A model generated the notes under the pieces. The model ran no database searches and was not told where the DNA came from. It was given only the letters and a program-made list of their open reading frames with translations. A program made the position numbers and the translations under genes. From Acidobacteriia bacterium UBA6623 (GTDB lineage Bacteria > Acidobacteriota > Terriglobia > Bryobacterales > UBA6623), in NCBI GenBank assembly GCA_002433055.1, contig DJHJ01000039.1, positions 22,080 through 86,079 of the forward strand: a stretch of 64,000 nt of DNA. Reading direction: 5' to 3'. Shown here in pieces: positions 58,403 through 64,000 of the stretch. How positions within the stretch are numbered: position 1 is the stretch's first letter; the number at the start of each line of letters is the position of its first letter.

Positions 58403-58846
58403 TTAGGAGATTTCAACTGCCTCCGGTTGCTGTGCTTCGTGTGGGTGCACCGCACCCGCGTAAACTTTCAGTCTGGTGGTTAGCTGCTTCCCCAGTTTAT
58501 TTTTGGGCAACATGCCCGCAACGGCACCCTCAATCATACGCTCGGGGAAAACCTCACGCTGCTTGCGTGCATTCACTGACCTCAATCCCCCTGGATACCC
58601 CGAGTGCCGTCTATACATCTTCTGGTCTTCTTTCTTACCTGTTAGACGTATTTTTTCGGCGTTCACCACTACCACATGGTCACCCGTCTTCAAAAATGGA
58701 GTGTAGTCAGGCTTGTGTTTACCCATAAGCAACACCGCTGCACGAGTCGCCAATCTACCGAGAACCTGATCCTTGGCATCGAGAAGATACCAGTTGGACT
58801 TCACCTCAGAGGCCTGTGGAACATACGTTGTATTTTTTCTCGTCAT
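58403..58846 (-). CDS. rplM: 50S ribosomal protein L13
   Basis: Start taken at MTRKNTTY (58846). WYLLDAKDQVLGRLATRAAVLLMGKHKPDYTP...GDHVVVVNA is canonical L13. Confidence 0.95.
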   Translation of the reverse strand: MTRKNTTYVPQASEVKSNWYLLDAKDQVLGRLATRAAVLLMGKHKPDYTPFLKTGDHVVVVNAEKIRLTGKKEDQKMYRRHSGYPGGLRSVNARKQREVFPERMIEGAVAGMLPKNKLGKQLTTRLKVYAGAVHPHEAQQPEAVEIS

Positions 58847-59147
58847 TATCACTTCTCGACGCGCCTTACGGCAGGCCTCCACCTCAAACCTCTCAATCTC
58901 TTGAAGAAATTCGACCGTATATGGCGGCTCGTCTGAACAACTCAGCCACAGCCTGGGCGCACGTCTCCATCACATACGAAGACGCCAAACCTAGAGTCTA
59001 TCGAAGTTTCCAGGCGGTGTCCATTGCCTATGAATCAATCTCGTGGGCAATAAACCGGCAGTTCCTTCACGATGACAATCTATCGATACACGACCATTTT
59101 GAGACAGAAATCGGCAGCGGGAATTTGATCTCTCTTCTGTCGAAATA

Positions 59148-59876
59148 CTAGTCATCAAGTGGAGAGTCAATTTCCGCCGAACAAAGATCCACTGTTGTGC
59201 CATCGAGATGCAATTCGTCGAACATGCCACTGTTGTTGAAAGACCCCAAGCCAATGCGACCAAAAGGAATTGAGTGATTGCTTGTCTGAAATCTCGGTTC
59301 AGATTCACCGTCAATATACACTCGCACCGTGCTAGTTAAACGATCATGGACAACCGCCACATGATGCCACTCTGAATCAGGTAGAGTCGGCCTTGATCCT
59401 TTTCCCGCTATGCGTTCACGGTCAGCTCCAGCGACCTTAAAGATCCCATTGTGCACACTGACGTCACCAGTGTCATTCGACAAATGCACATAGTAAAAAT
59501 GTTCTTTGTCCTGGTAGGCAAAGACAACTATTAGGTCCGATTCTTCTTCAATCGGGTCCTTCTTCAGTTTTACTCCTAATGTAAAACCAACGAGACAAGG
59601 GCCCTCCAAGATAGCGAATTTTACAGGTCGACGTGGGTTTTTGCCAACAGGGCCGCCAACCGCGAGATGAAGTACTCCGTTACCTTCGATAACAACCCTC
59701 TCCCAGTGCGATGGCTGAGGGAGATGCCAATTCTCCAGAGAATGTAGTTCAAAATCTTCAAGCCATGTCGAACTAGCAGCTTGGGTAAGCACAAAAAAGA
59801 CAAACAACCCAATCACAGTGTTAAAAAGGAAAGACATCAAAGTGATACAACGTGCAAAATATTCCTTTGTGATCAT
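59148..59876 (-). CDS. LamG/ConA-like lectin-fold protein with N-terminal membrane anchor
   Basis: N-terminal TM helix. EWHHVAVVHDRLTSTVRVYIDGE ... GRIGLGSFNNSGMFDELHL is a LamG-type pattern. Confidence 0.6.
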   Translation of the reverse strand: MITKEYFARCITLMSFLFNTVIGLFVFFVLTQAASSTWLEDFELHSLENWHLPQPSHWERVVIEGNGVLHLAVGGPVGKNPRRPVKFAILEGPCLVGFTLGVKLKKDPIEEESDLIVVFAYQDKEHFYYVHLSNDTGDVSVHNGIFKVAGADRERIAGKGSRPTLPDSEWHHVAVVHDRLTSTVRVYIDGESEPRFQTSNHSIPFGRIGLGSFNNSGMFDELHLDGTTVDLCSAEIDSPLDD

Positions 59877-59996
59877 ACGTAGTAGTCCTACTCTTGAGCT
59901 TGATCTGAAGATGCTAAATTTTCCTAAAGCTTGCCGTAGGGTATCCTGCCTATCTGCTACACAAGATCGGCTGACTCAAGCTTGTTACAAAGCAAA

Positions 59997-60980
59997 CTAA
60001 TTCTCACCAAGGGCGAGAGTGGTTTGAATCCAATTTTCAGCACCAGGAACAGCGGCACTGAATTCTTCGTAAATTGATTTTCCAGCCCGCTGAAAGGCCT
60101 TGGTGTCCGCTCGGTTAACTTTCATACCTGTGGCTTCAAGCTTCAATAGAAGTTCAGCATCCATTTGCTCGGCAGTCCGGTACACAAACCCCTGCATGTC
60201 ACGAGCAATTGCAGCAAGCGCAGCACGGAGATCAGGTGAAACCTTCTTCCAATGTTCGACACTTGTGACGAGATAGGCTGGCGTGTAGACATGACCAGTT
60301 AAGGAAAGATAGGTTTGAACCTCCTGCAGTTTCGCACCCCAGACCTGCGCTAAGGGGTTCTCTTGACCATCCATGACACCAGTTTGTAAAGCTACAAACA
60401 CTTCACTCAAAGGCATTGGTGTCGGATTTGCTTCATATGTTTGGAACAGCTTGACACGCCAGCGCCCACGAGGCGTGCGCAACTTAATGCCAGCGAGATC
60501 GTAAGGCGTTACGATTGGCCTCTCAGAATTTGTGATATGCCGGAAGCCGTTTTCCCACAGTGCCAGTATTTTGTAGCCATTTTTTTCCGCCTCCGGTGCA
60601 ATACGAGGCCAAAAAACAGCCCTCTCAATGTGTTTCATATGTTCTCTATCTCTCACTAAATAGGGCATCTCAAAGAGCCCAAAGGCATCGACAGTAGACG
60701 ACATGATAGTGGAAGGCAGAGAGAAATCAACCGTACCTAGTTTCAGCTTTTGCAACAAGGTCTCATCATTACCGAGTTGACTTGAACCAAATACTTGAAC
60801 CTCCGCACGTCCTGCAAGTTTTTTATTAACTCGCCGTGCAAACTCGTCAGCACAAGCCGTAATTAACGAATCAGGACCCGCAACATGACCCAATTTGAAC
60901 TGTGTAACACCGGAACTTTTTTCGCCATCGGCACATGATAAAAGCCCAGCGAGAATTGTCAAAACAATAAGGATACGCAT
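59997..60980 (-). CDS. dctP: TRAP transporter solute-binding protein (DctP family)
   Basis: Lipoprotein-like signal ILAGLLSCADG. Typical DctP pattern FKLGHV ... VQVFGSSQLGNDETLLQKLKLGTVDF ... GIKLRTP. No dctQ or dctM is adjacent. Confidence 0.8.
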   Translation of the reverse strand: MRILIVLTILAGLLSCADGEKSSGVTQFKLGHVAGPDSLITACADEFARRVNKKLAGRAEVQVFGSSQLGNDETLLQKLKLGTVDFSLPSTIMSSTVDAFGLFEMPYLVRDREHMKHIERAVFWPRIAPEAEKNGYKILALWENGFRHITNSERPIVTPYDLAGIKLRTPRGRWRVKLFQTYEANPTPMPLSEVFVALQTGVMDGQENPLAQVWGAKLQEVQTYLSLTGHVYTPAYLVTSVEHWKKVSPDLRAALAAIARDMQGFVYRTAEQMDAELLLKLEATGMKVNRADTKAFQRAGKSIYEEFSAAVPGAENWIQTTLALGEN

Positions 60981-61268
60981 TGGTGTTCAAAGCCATTAGC
61001 TGAGGTAAAATACTTTACCCATACAACATGATCAATCGTAAGATTTTATCTGAACTAGATAGGTATTGTGATCGATCGAGTGTAATTTATTTTTGCTCAG
61101 CACCGTAGATACAATTGTAAAAGATCGTAATGTAACGATACTCCACAGAGAGTAGGTCAACAACAGGAACCGGAAAATCACTTGGACCAGTAATCAATAA
61201 ATCACCTTCTGTGAGCTAAAATTAGGATGCAATGTCGGTTTCGATGAAAAATCAGTACAACTAAAAGA

Positions 61269-62174
61269 ATGCCTGAGATGAGCAAAAGCGAGCTAGATCG
61301 TATTGTTCACAGTATCGGCGACGAACTGTTGGCTAGGCTGAAGAGTGAGCCGGGGGAAAAAACTAACAAAACAACCAGCACCGATTGCGGTTCTGAAATA
61401 GAAACTCAAACATTCAGCGATACTATGAATAGCCTAACGCCCGACGGAAGTCACGTGCACATCCCCTATCCTGATTGGTCTCCTTCTGAGGCGGGAGTAG
61501 CAAACCTGATCGACCATACTTTACTTCGACCTGATGCTACAGAACGTGATGTTAGAAAAATCTGTGCGGAAGCTCGTCATCACGGCTTCGCAGCAGTTTG
61601 TGTTAATCCCGGATGGGTTTCTCTCGTCGCACGAGAGTTGCGCGGTTCATCCGTTAAAACATGCACTGTTGTAGGCTTCCCTCAGGGCGCAACTCTTACA
61701 CCCGTAAAATGTGCGGAGGCAGAACAGGTGATCAAGCTCGGCGCTGATGAAGTAGATATGGTTCTTTCAATTGGAGCCTTAAAATCACACGAAGAAGATC
61801 TTGTGTATACGGACATCCGTTGTGTAGCGGAATTGGTACATTCAACCCACAGAATACTCAAAGTTATACTGGAGACTTCATTACTTAGTAACCAAGAGAA
61901 AGTTTTGGCCTGCGTGCTATCAAAGCTGGCAGGGGCGGATTTTGTCAAAACCTCAACTGGCTTTGGAATACCAGGAGCAAACATTCACGATGTTGCACTG
62001 ATGCACAGCCTCGTCGGTGGCGAGGTGGGAATCAAAGCAGCGGGTGGCATAACAACCTATTCAGATTTGGTTCAGATGATGCGTGCAGGGGCCACACGTA
62101 TTGGAAGTTCATCTGGTGTTGCTATTGTGACCCAAGCCGCGGAAAAATTTGTCGTTTCCAAAAACCGGGATTGA
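61269..62174 (+). CDS. deoC: deoxyribose-phosphate aldolase with ~75-aa N-terminal extension
   Basis: LIDHTLLRPDAT ... AAVCVNP ... DMVLSIG ... KVILET ... FVKTSTGF (Schiff-base Lys) ... IKAAGGI. The core begins at about residue 80. Confidence 0.9.
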   Translation: MPEMSKSELDRIVHSIGDELLARLKSEPGEKTNKTTSTDCGSEIETQTFSDTMNSLTPDGSHVHIPYPDWSPSEAGVANLIDHTLLRPDATERDVRKICAEARHHGFAAVCVNPGWVSLVARELRGSSVKTCTVVGFPQGATLTPVKCAEAEQVIKLGADEVDMVLSIGALKSHEEDLVYTDIRCVAELVHSTHRILKVILETSLLSNQEKVLACVLSKLAGADFVKTSTGFGIPGANIHDVALMHSLVGGEVGIKAAGGITTYSDLVQMMRAGATRIGSSSGVAIVTQAAEKFVVSKNRD

Positions 62175-62335
62175 AGAGGTTGACTCTCGTATTGCTTCGT
62201 GGTGTGATCGGGTTGATGTCAAGCATAGTTACTGGCATCCTAAGACTTCCGCGGTGAATTATTGTTGTGGGAGGACATAACCAGACTCCCACCGTATTGC
62301 TACTCGGTCGGTCAACACCGAGCAAGAGAATTGAA

Positions 62336-63586
62336 ATGTCGATACAAAGCTTTGGCTATCGAGACAACGTGTTCTGTTGCAACAGAACCCCGTTGACAGA
62401 TTTAGCTGAGAAGGTTGGCACCCCGTGCTATGTCTACTCGGGTGATGCAATTGTCGACAACTATCGAGCTTATAGCCGTACTCTTGAGAATCTAGACCAT
62501 GAGATTCATTACTCAGTAAAGGCAAACAGTACGCTGGGCGTTCTTTCACTCCTGACTCGTGAAGGTGCCGGCTTTGATGTCGTCTCGGGTGGTGAGTTGT
62601 TCCGTGTGATCAGCTCAGGTGGCGACCCCAAAAAGGTCGTATTTTCTGGCGTGGGGAAGACACCCTCTGAGATCGAGTACGCTTTGAAATGTGGTGTCAA
62701 AATGTTCAACTGCGAATCTGAACCGGAGGCACATGCGCTTGCGCTAACTGCTCAAAAATTGAACAAGCGGCCCGACATCGGATTTCGCGTTAACCCAGAT
62801 ATCAACGCTGAGACTCATCCTTACATTGCCACTGGAATGCACGAACACAAGTTCGGTATTCCTATCAGAGAAGCCGAACAGATTTATAAACGTTTCGCTA
62901 GTAATGATCATCTAAATTTGGTGGGTGTTAGCTGCCACATTGGATCACAAATCTTTGATAGTGGACCGTTCTTAGAAACACTCGATACTATTACAACTTT
63001 AGTGGAAAGACTAAAAAAAATTGACATTCCAATAAGTTGCTTAGATCTGGGTGGTGGACTAGCTGTAGCTTATCGGGATTCAGAGACAACTCCGTCCATT
63101 GAAAAATTTCTCGGGCAATTGACAGAAAAGCTTCGTGGTGAAAACTTACACCTCATTCTCGAGCCCGGTCGCTCAATTGTAGGGCCGGCTGGAGTGTTAC
63201 TAACAAGAGTCCTCTATCGCAAACGGAGTGATGCAAAAGAATTCATTATTGTCGACGCAGCAATGAATGACTTAATCCGCCCTTCGCTTTATGACTCGTA
63301 CCACGAAATCGTACCGTTAATACGGTCCGGAAGACCAAAGATCATCGCAGATATTGTGGGGCCAATCTGTGAAACTGGTGATTTTCTAGCCCGCCGACGG
63401 GAAATAGAAGATTCAAAACCTGGTGAAGTACTCGCAGTATGCACAGCGGGAGCATACGGGTTTGCATTAGCCTCGAACTACAACGCTCGCCCACGTCCAC
63501 CCGAAGTACTAGTTCAAAATTCGAACTTCAAAATAATCCGAGAACGTGAAAGCTATGCCGACTTAATAAGAGGAGAATCTCTGTAG
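62336..63586 (+). CDS. lysA: diaminopimelate decarboxylase
   Basis: Start taken at MSIQSFGY (62336). GTPCYVYS ... YSVKANS (PLP Lys) ... LDLGGGL ... EPGRSIVG ... CETGD ... GAYG are LysA motifs. Confidence 0.92.
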   Translation: MSIQSFGYRDNVFCCNRTPLTDLAEKVGTPCYVYSGDAIVDNYRAYSRTLENLDHEIHYSVKANSTLGVLSLLTREGAGFDVVSGGELFRVISSGGDPKKVVFSGVGKTPSEIEYALKCGVKMFNCESEPEAHALALTAQKLNKRPDIGFRVNPDINAETHPYIATGMHEHKFGIPIREAEQIYKRFASNDHLNLVGVSCHIGSQIFDSGPFLETLDTITTLVERLKKIDIPISCLDLGGGLAVAYRDSETTPSIEKFLGQLTEKLRGENLHLILEPGRSIVGPAGVLLTRVLYRKRSDAKEFIIVDAAMNDLIRPSLYDSYHEIVPLIRSGRPKIIADIVGPICETGDFLARRREIEDSKPGEVLAVCTAGAYGFALASNYNARPRPPEVLVQNSNFKIIRERESYADLIRGESL

Positions 63587-63678
63587 CTTGTGGCTGAATT
63601 TTTAAGTAGTAATCGAATATTGCTAATACAGCAGAACAATACGAGTCTATCCAACTCATACTACGATGGATCCCCCGA

Positions 63679-64000
63679 ATGAAGAACCGTAGTTTTGATT
63701 TGATAAACCATCCCTTAAAACTTTTGATTGCCGTAGTCGGGCCCACTGCATCCGGTAAATCCGAGCTTGCCCTCAACATCGCAGAACATTTCGGCGGAGA
63801 GATAGTTAACTTTGACTCCATCCAACTCTATCGTGGTTTCGACATAGGTGCTGCTAAGACTCCTTTGGCTCAGCGCCGTAACATCCCACACCATTTGCTT
63901 GACATTTTTGAACCGAATGAACAGGTCAGTGTCGGTCTTTATGTACGACACGCGCGCAAGACACTTGAAGAAATTGCTACTCGTGGCCAACTCCCAATAC
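63679..64000 (+). CDS. miaA: tRNA dimethylallyltransferase, 5' part only (runs off window edge)
   Basis: My own translation from ATG 63679: MKNRSFDLINHPLKLLIAVVGPTASGKSELALNIAEHFGGEIVNFDSIQLYRGFDIGAAKTP...HHLLDI, the MiaA N-terminus. Not in the ORF track because no stop codon falls in the window. Confidence 0.9.
   Translation, partial: MKNRSFDLINHPLKLLIAVVGPTASGKSELALNIAEHFGGEIVNFDSIQLYRGFDIGAAKTPLAQRRNIPHHLLDIFEPNEQVSVGLYVRHARKTLEEIATRGQLPI

Noticed and set aside
62175-62335. Lysine (L-box) riboswitch before lysA
   Set aside because: The region is too short (about 160 nt) and lacks the five-helix L-box core. Only two simple hairpins are present.
1-64000. CRISPR arrays, tRNA/rRNA genes, IS elements, prophage or known defence-system genes
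   Set aside because: I scanned all intergenic gaps longer than about 150 nt and all long ORFs by eye. I saw no spaced repeat arrays, cloverleaf-like sequences, transposase, integrase or reverse-transcriptase motifs, and no nuclease/ATPase defence signatures. A tRNAscan, Infernal or DefenseFinder run would be needed to be definitive.

Overview
Gene-dense core-chromosome segment with about 62 protein genes. I recognised no rRNA, tRNA, CRISPR array, transposase or integrase by eye. Gene content suggests a Planctomycetota/PVC-type bacterium; this is an inference from a DUF1549-DUF1553/DUF1501 gene pair, two DUF1080 proteins, an FGE-type enzyme, Tat-signal enzymes and Na+-NQR. Recognisable blocks: nqrABCDE (nqrE truncated at the edge); a DUF1080-GH38-DUF1080 glycan cluster; lipB-lpdA; tsaE; a histidine operon hisI-hisD-hisC-HAD-hisB-hisH plus hisF; metF; an ArnT-like glycosyltransferase; lepA; a Wzm/Wzt ABC exporter with a fused GT2-GT4 glycosyltransferase; a zinc-ribbon/DUF1553/DUF1501/PPC operon; murJ; rsmI-cca; frr-pyrH-tsf-rpsB; rpsI-rplM; orphan TRAP dctP; deoC; lysA; miaA (truncated). 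Most interesting observations: (1) a compact leader in front of hisI that has all the parts of a ribosome-mediated histidine attenuator: a uORF with tandem His codons, an antiterminator strand just after its stop codon, and a GNRA-loop terminator with a U9 tail; (2) a deoxyribose-phosphate aldolase with a ~75-aa N-terminal extension that looks like a bacterial-microcompartment encapsulation peptide, although no shell genes are in the window; (3) a stand-alone HAD-IA phosphatase translationally coupled inside the his operon, a candidate for the missing histidinol-phosphate phosphatase; (4) a four-gene operon built around the function-unknown planctomycetal DUF1553/DUF1501 pair. I found no convincing defence island or mobile element. 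All family assignments come from motif recognition by eye, not from database searches, and start codons are best guesses.
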